Source of the DNA: Armatimonadota bacterium
GTDB taxonomy: Bacteria > Sysuimicrobiota > Sysuimicrobiia > Sysuimicrobiales > Humicultoraceae
Direction: 5' to 3'
Length of the DNA stretch: 25,515 nt
Assembly (NCBI GenBank): GCA_037443365.1
Contig: JBBIOM010000029.1
Coordinates: 1 to 25,515, forward strand
The position numbers and the translations under genes are program-made. Below are positions 8,706-17,741 of the stretch, in pieces. Numbering within the stretch: position 1 is the first letter of the stretch; each line of letters opens with the position of its first letter. The notes under the pieces are model-generated. The model was not told where the DNA came from. It did not search any database and worked only from the letters and a program-made list of their open reading frames with translations.

Positions 8706-9401
8706 GTGGACCGTGCCGCGCCGTCCTGGCCCAAGGAACGCGAAGCGCTGATCGCCGCGCAGGAGATGTTGGCCGCGGCATCGCCCGAGGCGTGGCTGTT
8801 CGCGCGCACGTATGCGCTCTCGGCGGCCGGCTGCTTCGTCTGCTTCCCCCGCGGCGCCTCGGGCACGGGAGCCGCCGGGGATCCCGGGTGGGCCGCGGCG
8901 GCGTGGCTGGCAGAAGGCAGACCGGCTGCGATCTCGGTCGTGCGGGGACAGGCGCAAGCGCCCTACGAGCCCGGCCTGCTGGCGCTGCGCGAAGGGCCGC
9001 TGCTCGAGACCGCGGTGCGCGGCCTGCCCGGGGTTCCCGACGTGCTCATCGTCAACGCCACTGGCAGGGATCACCCGAGGCGCGCCGGCCTGGCGCTGCA
9101 CCTTGGCGCCGTGCTGGCGATCCCGACGGTGGGCGTCACCGCGCGCCCCCTGGTCGCAGCGGGCGACTGGCCGCCTGATGAGCGCGGCGCAGCCAGCCCG
9201 CTTCGGATCGGGGACGAGGTGGTCGGCTTCTGGCTGCGCACAAGGCGCGGCGCGCGGCCGTTGGCCGTGCACGCCGCCTGGCGTACCGATCCCGGAACCG
9301 CCCTGGCCGTCGTTGTCGCGGCAACCGGGAACGCGCGCACTCCCGAGCCGCTGCGGCTGGCGCGGCGCGCGGCCCGGGAGGCGCGGGCGGCGCTTCGGTA
9401 G
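8706..9401 (+). CDS. nfi: Endonuclease V homologue with degenerate active site
   Basis: PYEPGLLALREGP, PDVLIVNATGRDHPRR, GLALHLG, PTVGV, LRTR, TPEPLRLA follow the EndoV motif order. GTG start inferred. Confidence 0.85.
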   Translation: MDRAAPSWPKEREALIAAQEMLAAASPEAWLFARTYALSAAGCFVCFPRGASGTGAAGDPGWAAAAWLAEGRPAAISVVRGQAQAPYEPGLLALREGPLLETAVRGLPGVPDVLIVNATGRDHPRRAGLALHLGAVLAIPTVGVTARPLVAAGDWPPDERGAASPLRIGDEVVGFWLRTRRGARPLAVHAAWRTDPGTALAVVVAATGNARTPEPLRLARRAAREARAALR

Positions 9402-9504
9402 GGGCGTTGCGGCGATGCGGTAGCTGCCGCGGATCTGGGAGGAATTGCGCGGCGGCGTGGCAAACAGCGGCGCCAAGGCCACAACGATTAGGGGGGAGAC
9501 GCAG

Positions 9505-9918
9505 ATGCCTGACGCGATTTGCCTGGTGGACTACTTCTACGTCATGACGCCTGACAGGCCTGGGGAGGGAGCCCGCGTCTTGGGCTACCTCAAGGCTGCC
9601 GGCGTCAACCTGATCGCCTTTCACGCCTTCCCCAGGGGCAGGCGTGCGCAGCTTGTCTTCCTGCCCAGCGACCCGGCGGCGTTCAAGGCCGCGGCGAAGA
9701 AGGCGAAGTGGAAGGTCACGGGGCCAAAGAAGGCCTTCGTCTTCGAGGGCGGCGATCGGGTCGGCGCGCTCGTCGAGCACCACGACAGGCTGGCCGAGGC
9801 CAAGGTCAACGTCACGGCGTCGAGCGCCGTCGCCTCGGGCGCCGGGCGGTTTGGCGCCGTCATGTGGGTGAAGGCCCGCGACGTGAAGCGCGCGGCGAAG
9901 GCCCTGGGGGTGAGCTAG
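9505..9918 (+). CDS. Tandem ACT-domain-like protein
   Basis: Two ACT-like repeats (PDRPGEGARVLGYLKAAGVNL; GDRVGALVEHHDRLAEAKVNV); SD GGGGAG. Confidence 0.75.
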   Translation: MPDAICLVDYFYVMTPDRPGEGARVLGYLKAAGVNLIAFHAFPRGRRAQLVFLPSDPAAFKAAAKKAKWKVTGPKKAFVFEGGDRVGALVEHHDRLAEAKVNVTASSAVASGAGRFGAVMWVKARDVKRAAKALGVS

Positions 9919-9927
9919 GGACCGTCG

Positions 9928-10407
9928 CTACGCGTTGAGCCGCCAGATCGCGAAGTTCAGAAAGGCGGCAAACGTCACCCACACGAGATAGGGCGTCATC
10001 AGCGCGCCGGCCAAGGGAGCAATGCGCCAGAACGCGACGGCGGCAGCCAGGATGGCCCCCCATAGCAAGACTATCCCGACAAACGCCGGACCAGGAGCCT
10101 GGAGGCCGAAGAACAGCCCTGACCAGGCCACATTGAGAACGAGTTGGAGGGCGAACAGCCCAAGGGCTACTGGAGCGCCTGCCCCGTCACGCCGCCACAC
10201 GATCCAGGCGGCGACGGCCATCGCCAGGTAGAGCAGGCTCCAAACCGGGCCAAACACCCAGTTCGGAGGGTTCCACGGCGGCTTGACGAGTTCGGCATAC
10301 CAGCCGTCCACCGACCGCGCGGTGAACAGCGAACCCGCGCCCGCCGCCGCGAAGCACAGCAGAATGAACCCTGCCAGACCGAGCCACACCCGCGCCGAGT
10401 TGCTCAC
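9928..10407 (-). CDS. tspO: TspO/MBR tryptophan-rich sensory protein
   Basis: WYAELVKPPWNPPNWVFGPVWSLLY, QLVLNVAWSGLFF, PYLVWVTFA. Start is GTG 10407 or 10437. Confidence 0.95.
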   Translation of the reverse strand: MSNSARVWLGLAGFILLCFAAAGAGSLFTARSVDGWYAELVKPPWNPPNWVFGPVWSLLYLAMAVAAWIVWRRDGAGAPVALGLFALQLVLNVAWSGLFFGLQAPGPAFVGIVLLWGAILAAAVAFWRIAPLAGALMTPYLVWVTFAAFLNFAIWRLNA

Positions 10408-10446
10408 GCCGCCCCCCTTTGCGAATCGCCCGCGCACTGTGCATAG

Positions 10447-10470
10447 TTCTAGCGTGGACCGCGCGTTCCT
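10447..10470 (-). promoter_or_regulatory. SigH-like motif AGG-N18-GAA upstream of tspO
   Basis: Minus strand CAGGAacgcgcggtccacgctaGAAC. Confidence 0.5.
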
Positions 10471-10483
10471 GGCGGAGGCCGCA

Positions 10484-10507
10484 AGGACAGACCTGAGGCA
10501 TGGAGAA
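10484..10507 (+). promoter_or_regulatory. SigH-like motif AGG-N18-GAA upstream of the DUF305 gene
   Basis: AAGGAcagacctgaggcatggaGAAC, back-to-back with the tspO site. Confidence 0.5.
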
Positions 10508-10544
10508 CAGTAAGAGCAATCAGATCCTGCGCTTGAGGTGAACG

Positions 10545-11132
10545 ATGCGGGTCTTCTTGCGGGTCGTCCTGGCTGCCCTCCTTCTCGTCACGCTATCCGT
10601 CGCGCTCCCGGCCGCGGCTGCGCCCTCATCCACGCCCAAGCCCGCCCCCACCCTCACGCCTAACCCAACGCTCGCGGCCCTGTCGCGCCTGAGCGGGCCT
10701 GCCTTCGACGTGGCCTTCAAGCGGACGATCATCCCCATCCACGAAGAGGCCGTGGAGATCGCAATGGCCGCGACCCTGTACGCCAACCAGCCTGAACTCC
10801 TGCGATGGAACCAGGTGATGATTGACCGCAAGGCGGCTCAGGTCCGGCAGATGCTGGCCTGGCTGGCGGAATCAGGAGCCTCTCCTGGCAGGCGAAACGC
10901 GGGCGTCGCCACCGAGCCGGTGAAGAAGATGCGCGGCCTACGGGGTGCTGCGCTCGAGCGCGCCTACCTGCCGCTGATCGCCGCGCGCCTGGAGGAGAGC
11001 ACGGCCCTGGCCCGGCTCGCCGCGACAAGGGCCGACCGGCCGCAGTTGCGGGAGATGGCTCAACTGATCGCCGCCGTGGAGACCCGGGAGGTCGCCAGGC
11101 TCCGCCTCTGGCTGAGGACCTGGTACCCCTAA
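10545..11132 (+). CDS. Secreted DUF305-like (ferritin-like four-helix) protein
   Basis: Signal peptide, Pro/Thr linker, then two repeats LSGPAFDVAF..IIPIHEEAVEIA and LRGAALERAYL..; SD GAGGTGA. Confidence 0.7.
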   Translation: MRVFLRVVLAALLLVTLSVALPAAAAPSSTPKPAPTLTPNPTLAALSRLSGPAFDVAFKRTIIPIHEEAVEIAMAATLYANQPELLRWNQVMIDRKAAQVRQMLAWLAESGASPGRRNAGVATEPVKKMRGLRGAALERAYLPLIAARLEESTALARLAATRADRPQLREMAQLIAAVETREVARLRLWLRTWYP

Positions 11133-11163
11133 GGCCGCCCGCGCCCCAATTGCCGGAATCCCG

Positions 11164-11192
11164 TTGCACTTGCCGGCAATCCGTGAGAGAAT
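11164..11192 (+). promoter_or_regulatory. Sigma70-type promoter candidate for the csp gene
   Basis: TTGCAC-N17-GAGAAT with extended -10 TG at 11184-11185. Confidence 0.45.
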
Positions 11193-11252
11193 GTGCGGGC
11201 ATCGCAGAACCGGTTCGATCTGTGGTAGCTTGCACGTAAAGGTGGCAACAGT

Positions 11253-11459
11253 ATGGCAACAGGTACAGTCAAGTGGTTCAGCAACGAGAAGGGGTATGGC
11301 TTCATCACTCCAGACGACGGCACGAAGGACCTGTTCGTGCACTTCAGCGGCATCGATGGTGACGGGTACAAATCCCTCACCGAGGGGCAGAAGGTCGAGT
11401 ACACCCAGACCCAGGGTCAGAAGGGCCCGCAGGCGACGGGAGTCCGGCCGATCGGCTAA
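11253..11459 (+). CDS. csp: Cold-shock protein (CspA family)
   Basis: [47 protein letters not shown] (RNP1 and RNP2 motifs). Confidence 0.98.
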   Translation: MATGTVKWFSNEKGYGFITPDDGTKDLFVHFSGIDGDGYKSLTEGQKVEYTQTQGQKGPQATGVRPIG

Positions 11460-11507
11460 CACTTCTGACAACGCGCCCGATCTGACGCGGCTTGTCGACA
11501 AGCAGAT

Positions 11508-11546
11508 GCAGGCCCGGGTCACCATTGCCCGGGCCTGCCCACCTTT
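11508..11546 (+). terminator. GC-rich hairpin downstream of csp, probable terminator
   Basis: GCAGGCCCGGG (11508-11518) / CCCGGGCCTGC (11528-11538), 11-bp perfect stem; U-tract weak. Confidence 0.6.
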
Positions 11547-11562
11547 GCGGCTCCACGGGCCG

Positions 11563-11587
11563 AGGACATCAGGCCCGCCTGGACGAA
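11563..11587 (+). promoter_or_regulatory. SigH-like motif AGG-N19-GAA upstream of the Ysc84 gene
   Basis: GAGGAcatcaggcccgcctggacGAAG. Confidence 0.5.
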
Positions 11588-11648
11588 GTTCTCTGTGGAC
11601 CCAGCGGGTCGCCAGTAGGCGACGGTGGGCCGAGGAGGGGTGAGGGAA

Positions 11649-12212
11649 ATGCGAGCGCGCGCATTCGGCAGGAACACCGTGTGGGCTGTTTGCCTCTTCA
11701 TGTTGGTTGGACTGATGACGCCGGGGGCGTCCCAGGCCAGGACGGCAGAGGAGATCGACGCGAGCGTGAACGCGGCGCTGGCACGGTTCACCAAGCAGGT
11801 GCAGGGGGCTACGGAGCTCCTCCAGAAGGCACGCGGCGTCCTCACGTTCGCGGGGGTCATCAAGGCCGGCGCCGGGATCGGGGCCGAGTACGGGGAGGGC
11901 GCGCTGCGCATCGGGGGCAAGAGCGTGGCCTACTACAGCATCGCGTCGGCCTCGATCGGCTTGCAGCTGGGCGCCCAGAAGAAGGACATCATTATCGTGT
12001 TCCTGGAGGATGCGGCCCTGCGGAAGTTCCAGGCCAGCCAGGGCTGGCAGGTGGGCGTTGATGGATCGGTGGTGTTGATTGACGTGGGAGCCAACGCTTC
12101 CATAGACACGACGAAGGTGAACCAGCCGATCGTGGGATTCGTGGTGGGGCAGAAGGGCCTCATGTACAACCTGACCCTGGAAGGATCCAAGATATCGAAG
12201 CTCAAGAAGTAG
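11649..12212 (+). CDS. Ysc84/SYLF-related secreted lipid-binding protein
   Basis: Signal peptide; KARGVLTF, IKAGAGIGAEYGEGAL, SASIGLQLGAQ, GWQVGVDGSV, QKGLMYNLTLEGSKISK. Confidence 0.88.
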   Translation: MRARAFGRNTVWAVCLFMLVGLMTPGASQARTAEEIDASVNAALARFTKQVQGATELLQKARGVLTFAGVIKAGAGIGAEYGEGALRIGGKSVAYYSIASASIGLQLGAQKKDIIIVFLEDAALRKFQASQGWQVGVDGSVVLIDVGANASIDTTKVNQPIVGFVVGQKGLMYNLTLEGSKISKLKK

Positions 12213-12216
12213 ACGC

Positions 12217-13437
12217 TTGACCGCGGAAGTTCAGCACAGACCAGGCAGCCGCTCGCTCGCACCGGTATCGGGCGCGCTGGCCTGGCTGATGGTCGCGCAT
12301 TTCACAAACGACCTGTACAACAACTACCTCCCGGCGCTGCTCCCGCTGCTGGCCGACGCGCACCGCATGAGCCTGAGCCGTGCCGGACTGCTCATCTCGA
12401 TCTCAACTATAACCGGAAGTCTGTTCCAGCCTGTGTTCGGCTACGTCGCCGACGCCACCCGGCTCCGCGTCGTGGCCGCGGTAGGGCTCTCGTGCGCGGC
12501 TGCGGGATCGGCCCTGCTCGGCGTGGCACCGTCGTATCTCTGGCTCGTGCTCGTCACCGTGATGCACGGGTTCGGGACTGCGGCCTTCCACCCGCAATCG
12601 GCGGGGTTCGTCCACCTGCTCTCGGGCAACCGCAAAGGCACGCGCATGGCGATCTACATCATGGCCGGGCAGACCGGCCAGGCCCTGGGCCCCTTGCTTG
12701 CCGCCTTCGTGGCGGTCCAGGCGGGTCTGCCCTGGGTGGCGCTGACAGTGGTCCCGGCGTTGGTGGTGTCCCTGATCCTCGTGCGCGTGGTCCCGTGGCA
12801 CTGGCGCACGGCTCCGCGCCCGGGCTCCTCGGCCGGGCTCAGGCAGGCCCTGCGCCAGAATCTCGGCGGGCTGGCGCGCCTGATGGGCCTCGTCATGTCG
12901 CGTGCGACGCTGCTGCACTGCATGCTGGCCCTGCTGCCGTTCATGTTCCGCGCCCGCGGCGCGCCCGCCACCACCGGGGCCGCGGCCATCACGGCGATGA
13001 TCTTCTGCGGCGCGGTGGGAGGGATGGTCGCGGGGTACCTGTCGGACCGCTACGGCAGGCGCCTGGTTCTGTTCGTCTCGTTCGCGCTGGCCGCCCCGTT
13101 GTTTCTCGCCGCGATCAACTCCAGCGGGCCGGCGACGATCGTCCTCTTGGGGCTGGGAGGGGCTGCGCTGCTGGGCTCCTCCTCTCTCGTGACCGTTGAG
13201 GCTCAGAGCCTCTTGCCCGCGCACACGAGCATGGCCGCGGGTCTGATGCTGGGCGTAGGCATGGGCGTCGGCGGGCTGCTGGTCGGACCGGTCAGCGCGC
13301 TGGCGCAGGCGTACGGCATCATCCCTGTGCTGACCGCGGTGAGCCTCCTGCCGGTGCCAGGGAGCATCCTGACGCTTTCCCTTGCGCGCACCTCCCCAGA
13401 AGCGGCGGCGGATGCCGGTGTGATCGCGGAGGAATAG
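12217..13437 (+). CDS. MFS transporter, Fsr (fosmidomycin resistance)-like family
   Basis: HFTNDLY..LPALLP, QPVFGYVAD, AAFHP, GYLSDRYGRR; about 12 TM segments. Start uncertain. Confidence 0.85.
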   Translation: MTAEVQHRPGSRSLAPVSGALAWLMVAHFTNDLYNNYLPALLPLLADAHRMSLSRAGLLISISTITGSLFQPVFGYVADATRLRVVAAVGLSCAAAGSALLGVAPSYLWLVLVTVMHGFGTAAFHPQSAGFVHLLSGNRKGTRMAIYIMAGQTGQALGPLLAAFVAVQAGLPWVALTVVPALVVSLILVRVVPWHWRTAPRPGSSAGLRQALRQNLGGLARLMGLVMSRATLLHCMLALLPFMFRARGAPATTGAAAITAMIFCGAVGGMVAGYLSDRYGRRLVLFVSFALAAPLFLAAINSSGPATIVLLGLGGAALLGSSSLVTVEAQSLLPAHTSMAAGLMLGVGMGVGGLLVGPVSALAQAYGIIPVLTAVSLLPVPGSILTLSLARTSPEAAADAGVIAEE

Positions 13438-13444
13438 CGCCGCC

Positions 13445-14470
13445 CTAGGCCACCCCGGGCAGCTTCAGCTCGCCGACGCGATGGCAGCCGACGAGGTGGC
13501 CCGGGGATACCTCCTGGAGGGCCGGCGCGTGCGTCCCGCACAGATCAACGGCGTAGGGGCAGCGCGGGTGGAAGTAGCAGCCCGACGGCGGGTTCGCAGG
13601 GCTTGGGACCTCTCCCTTCAGCTCGACGCTGCCGATCTTGTACCGGGGGTCGGGCACAGGCACCGCCGCCATCAGCGCCGAGGTGTAGGGGTGACCGGGC
13701 TTGCTGTACAGTTCCTGCGTGGTCGCGCTCTCGACGATCTTGCCAACGTACATGACAACAACCCGATCACAGATGTGCTTGACCACGCTCAGGTTGTGCG
13801 CGATGAACAGGTACGTGAGGCCCAACTCGCGCTGCAGGTCGAGCAGGAGGTTCAGTATCTGCGCCTGCACCGAGACATCGAGCGCCGAGACCGGCTCATC
13901 GGCGACCACCAGGCGCGGATTGAGCGCGAGCGCGCGGGCAATGCCGATGCGCTGGCGCTGACCGCCGCTGAAGGCGTGCGGGAAGCGCTGCATGTACTCG
14001 GGCCGCAGGCCTACCCGCGCCAACAGCTCGGCCACACGCTCGAGGCGCCTCTGGCGGTCCGTCAGCCCGTTGACCAGCAGCGGCTCGCCCACGGTATCGA
14101 AGATCGTCATGCGCGGGTTGAGGGAGCCGTACGGGTCTTGGAAGATCATCTGAACCTGTGACCGCAGCGGGCGGATCTCCCGCCGCGTCAGCTTGGCCAG
14201 GTCAACGACAGCGCCCTCGGCCGTCTGGAACAGGATCTCGCCGCCGGTGGGCGAGTAGGCCCGCAGGATGCAGCGGGCCGCGGTTGTCTTGCCGCATCCG
14301 CTCTCACCAACCAGGCCCACGGTCTCCCCTGCCCCGACGGTGAAGCTGACATCGTCCACCGCGCGGACGTACCCGACGATGCGCCGCGTGAAGCCCCTCT
14401 GTATAGGGAAGTACATGCGGAGCCCCCTGACATCCAGCAGCGGCCGGGGCTCCTGGGAGAGCGCCTTCAT
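13445..14470 (-). CDS. ABC transporter ATP-binding subunit, OppF/DppF type
   Basis: [23 protein letters not shown]-terminal [13 protein letters not shown] 14470 overlaps the upstream stop (ATGA). Confidence 0.95.
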   Translation of the reverse strand: MKALSQEPRPLLDVRGLRMYFPIQRGFTRRIVGYVRAVDDVSFTVGAGETVGLVGESGCGKTTAARCILRAYSPTGGEILFQTAEGAVVDLAKLTRREIRPLRSQVQMIFQDPYGSLNPRMTIFDTVGEPLLVNGLTDRQRRLERVAELLARVGLRPEYMQRFPHAFSGGQRQRIGIARALALNPRLVVADEPVSALDVSVQAQILNLLLDLQRELGLTYLFIAHNLSVVKHICDRVVVMYVGKIVESATTQELYSKPGHPYTSALMAAVPVPDPRYKIGSVELKGEVPSPANPPSGCYFHPRCPYAVDLCGTHAPALQEVSPGHLVGCHRVGELKLPGVA

Positions 14471-15525
14471 GCCCACCCCTCCGATCGGTCGTCCAGGAAG
14501 CAACTCACCAGGTGCCCGTCCGGGGTAGGCCGCAGGGCTGGGCTCTGCCGATCACATCTCCCGGGCATGAAGTGCATGCAGCGCGGATGGAACGGACATC
14601 CACGAGGACGGTTGAACGGATGCGGAATCGATCCGCTTATCGTCGGAAGGGTGACCCGCGGCGTCGATCGGATGCTCGGGATCGACCTCAGCAGCGCCTG
14701 CGTATAGGGATGCTTGGGCGCGTGGAAGATCCCGTCCACCGGGCCTTGCTCCATCACCAATCCCAGGTACATCACCATGACGTAGTCCGCGGTATTGGCG
14801 ATGACTCCCAGGTCGTGGGTGATGAAGATGATGGCCGAGTCACGCTCCTCCTGGAGCTGACCAAGCAGGCGCAGCACCTGGGCCTGGGTGGTCACATCCA
14901 CGGCGGTGGTGGGCTCGTCGGCGATGAGCAGCCGTGGGTTGCACGAAAGGGCCATGGCGATCATTGCGCGCTGGCGCAGGCCTCCGCTCAACTGCCAGGA
15001 GTAGTTGTCGAGCCGCTGCTCGGGAGCGGGAATGCCAACGTCACGGAACAGCCCCGCGGCAATCCGGCGCGCCTCGGCCTCGCTCACTGCCTGGTGGAGG
15101 ACGATCGCCTCGATGACCTGGTCGCCCACCGTGTGCACCGGGCTGAACGCCGCCATCGGCTCCTGTGGGATGAGGGCGATCTCGCCCCCTCGTATGCTGC
15201 GCATCTCGCTGCCGGTGGAATCCATCTTCGCCAGGTCCAGGACTTGATCGCCGTCCGCGCCGTCGGGGTCTCCGCTCGGCCGGCGAAGCATGATTTCGCC
15301 GGAGACTATGCGCCCCGGAGGATCCACGATCCGCAGGATGGCCTTGACGGCCACCGTCTTGCCGCAGCCGCTCTCGCCGACGATGCCGAAGACCTGGCCA
15401 GGGTAGACATCGAAGGAGATGCCATCCACGGCCCTGACGGTCCCTTCGTCCATGAAGAAGTGGACCTTCAGGTCTCGGACCGAGAGGAGAGGATGATCCC
15501 CGCTCTTGTGGCTTCTAGTGTCCAT
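14467..15525 (-). CDS. ABC transporter ATP-binding subunit, OppD/DppD type
   Basis: [40 protein letters not shown]. Confidence 0.95.
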   Translation of the reverse strand: MDTRSHKSGDHPLLSVRDLKVHFFMDEGTVRAVDGISFDVYPGQVFGIVGESGCGKTVAVKAILRIVDPPGRIVSGEIMLRRPSGDPDGADGDQVLDLAKMDSTGSEMRSIRGGEIALIPQEPMAAFSPVHTVGDQVIEAIVLHQAVSEAEARRIAAGLFRDVGIPAPEQRLDNYSWQLSGGLRQRAMIAMALSCNPRLLIADEPTTAVDVTTQAQVLRLLGQLQEERDSAIIFITHDLGVIANTADYVMVMYLGLVMEQGPVDGIFHAPKHPYTQALLRSIPSIRSTPRVTLPTISGSIPHPFNRPRGCPFHPRCMHFMPGRCDRQSPALRPTPDGHLVSCFLDDRSEGWA

Positions 15526-16666
15526 AGGGATCGGCGGCGTCGCGCAGACCGTCTCCCACGAGATTGAACGCCAGCACGGCCAGGATCACGAGCAGGCCGG
15601 GGATCAGCAGCCAGGGAGCGGTCGCGACCGTCTGGATGTTCTGCGCCTCCTGCAGCAGCACTCCCCAGCTTATCGCCGGGGGCCGAATGCCCAGCCCGAG
15701 GTAACTCAGCGAGGTCTCGCTGATGATCATCACGGGGATGGCCAGGGTGCCGGCCGCTATGATGTGGCTGGCCGCGGCCGGGAGCATGTGGCGGGTGATG
15801 ATGCGCAGCCGGCTGCATCCCGCCAGCTCGGCGGCGAGGACGAAATCCTCCTCGCGCAGGGAAAGGAACCGGCCCCGCACCTCCCGCCCAAGGGTGGTCC
15901 AACCGATGAACGCGAGGATGACGGTGATCGCGAAGAACACCTTCTGCGGGGGCCAGTCCTGCGGCAGCGCCGCGGTCATGGCGAGCCAGATGGGAATCGT
16001 GGGCAGGGACTGCAGCAGCTCGATCAGCCGCTGTATGACCATGTCCGGCCACCCACCCAGATAGCCGGATACACCTCCCAGCAGCGCCCCCAGGATCACG
16101 CTCAGCGCGACGGCGATCAGCCCCACGGTCATGGAGGTCCGCGTGCCGTGCATGAGGCGCGACCACTGGTCACGGCCCATCCGGTCGGTTCCAAGCAGAT
16201 GCACCCTGTCCTGGGTGCCTCCAGCGGTTCCCAGGAGGTGGATGCTCGACTCGAAGAGCCCAAACGGTCTGTACGGGTAGCCGCGCGCGAAGAGGCGGAC
16301 GGGCACCCTCCTCGTCTCGTCGATGTGCCACTCCATGCGCAGGGTGATGGGGTTGCGCTTCCCGACAACGGCGGGGGCCGAGATGCCAAGACGCCCGCCT
16401 TCGATGAGGCTGAGACGCTGGGCCGGGATGAAGGCCATGCGCGCATCGGTGGCCTCGGGGTGCTGGGTGCAGAAGAAGTCGGGGAACAAGACCACGAGGT
16501 ACAGGGCAACCAGCACGACGCAGCTGGCGAGCGCCAGGCGGTGCTTCCTGAAGCGCCACCAGATCAACTGCCAGTTGGACGCCAGCGATACCCGCTCCTC
16601 GGCCTCGGAGACGACGGGCCTGGCGAGCTCGATGACGGCTTCTTCGATCTGCGGGTTCCCGGCCAC
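15515..16666 (-). CDS. ABC transporter permease, OppC/DppC type
   Basis: WWRFRKHRLA, LGTDRMGRD, EAA-like loop FVLAAELAG, ETSLSYLGLG, GDGLRDAADP. Confidence 0.95.
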   Translation of the reverse strand: MAGNPQIEEAVIELARPVVSEAEERVSLASNWQLIWWRFRKHRLALASCVVLVALYLVVLFPDFFCTQHPEATDARMAFIPAQRLSLIEGGRLGISAPAVVGKRNPITLRMEWHIDETRRVPVRLFARGYPYRPFGLFESSIHLLGTAGGTQDRVHLLGTDRMGRDQWSRLMHGTRTSMTVGLIAVALSVILGALLGGVSGYLGGWPDMVIQRLIELLQSLPTIPIWLAMTAALPQDWPPQKVFFAITVILAFIGWTTLGREVRGRFLSLREEDFVLAAELAGCSRLRIITRHMLPAAASHIIAAGTLAIPVMIISETSLSYLGLGIRPPAISWGVLLQEAQNIQTVATAPWLLIPGLLVILAVLAFNLVGDGLRDAADPYGH

Positions 16667-16672
16667 CGTGCC

Positions 16673-17659
16673 TCAGCCCTCCATGCGAATCCGCGGGTCA
16701 GCCCAGGCCAGCAGGATGTCAGAGATCAGCGTCCCGACAATGGTGAGGAAGCAGTAGATCAGCAGGATGCTGCCCGCCAGGTACATGTCCTGGCTCACGA
16801 GCGAGCGCAGCAGCAGCGGCCCGATATTGGGGAGGTTCATCACCGTGGCAACGATTAGACTGCCCGAGAAGAGTTGCGGTAGGTACCAGCCGATGGTGCT
16901 CACCAGCGGGTTCAGCGCGATGCGCACCGGGTACTTCAGGACGAGGCGCCACTCCGAGAGCCCCTTGGCGCGCGCGGTGACAACATAGGGCTTGTTGAGT
17001 TCGTCCAAGAGGTTCGCGCGCATGATGCGCGTGAGACGGGCAGTTCCGGCGATGCCCAGGATGATCATCGGCAGCCAGATGTGCCGAAGCAAGTCGGCCA
17101 CGCGCGCCATGCTCCACGGCGCCTGAACGTACTCGGGCGAGAAGAGCCCGGTAATGCTGACGCCGAAGTGGGAGAAGGCAAGCCACATCAGGACCAGCGC
17201 CAGAAGGAAGTTGGGTGTTGCCACGCCGACGTAGTTCAGCACGGCGAGCGCGTAGTCGAGAAACGAGCGCGGGTGCGTCGCCGCGTAGATGCCCGCCGGA
17301 ATCGCGATCACCCAAGTGAAGATGAAGGAAAGCAGCGCGAGCAGGACCGTCAGAAGCAGGAACTCACCTATCAACTCCCGGTTCGGGCGTTGATACTCCA
17401 GCGAGAGACCCAGGTCGCCCTTGAGCAGGCTCTCCATCCAGCGGACGTACTGGATGTGGACGGGCTGGTCGAGGCCGAACTGGTGCTTCAGCGCCTCTAC
17501 CTGCGCCATCTCCACCGAGGAGCCGGACGCCGCCAGCATCGAGATGTAACTGGTCAGGAAGTCGCCCGGCGGCGCCTGCACGAGCAAGAAGACGACAATT
17601 GAGAAGACCAGGAGCAGGATGGGTAGGAGTAGCAGGCGTTGGACAATGACCCGCAGCAC
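16673..17659 (-). CDS. ABC transporter permease, OppB/DppB type
   Basis: PPGD, FGLDQP, GDLGLS, YVVTARAKGL, SDILLAWADPRIR. Confidence 0.95.
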   Translation of the reverse strand: MLRVIVQRLLLLPILLLVFSIVVFLLVQAPPGDFLTSYISMLAASGSSVEMAQVEALKHQFGLDQPVHIQYVRWMESLLKGDLGLSLEYQRPNRELIGEFLLLTVLLALLSFIFTWVIAIPAGIYAATHPRSFLDYALAVLNYVGVATPNFLLALVLMWLAFSHFGVSITGLFSPEYVQAPWSMARVADLLRHIWLPMIILGIAGTARLTRIMRANLLDELNKPYVVTARAKGLSEWRLVLKYPVRIALNPLVSTIGWYLPQLFSGSLIVATVMNLPNIGPLLLRSLVSQDMYLAGSILLIYCFLTIVGTLISDILLAWADPRIRMEG

Positions 17660-17683
17660 CGGCTCTGGACCTCGCTTTCAATC

Positions 17684-17728
17684 CGGCGGCGGGCGGCACC
17701 GGTCTGGTGCCGTTGCCGCCCGCCGCCG
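17684..17728. other. Strong intercistronic stem-loop between the SBP and permease genes
   Basis: CGGCGGCGGGCGGCA (17684-17698) / TGCCGCCCGCCGCCG (17714-17728), perfect 15-bp arms with a 15-nt loop and no U-tract. Confidence 0.75.
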
Positions 17729-17741
17729 CGTACTTCCTCGA

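Noticed and set aside
8616-9482. N-terminal 289-aa extension of the 671-aa ORF (7467-9482), which looks like a fusion
   Set aside because: It is the antisense shadow of the EndoV gene; the real protein starts near the Tat signal at 8615.
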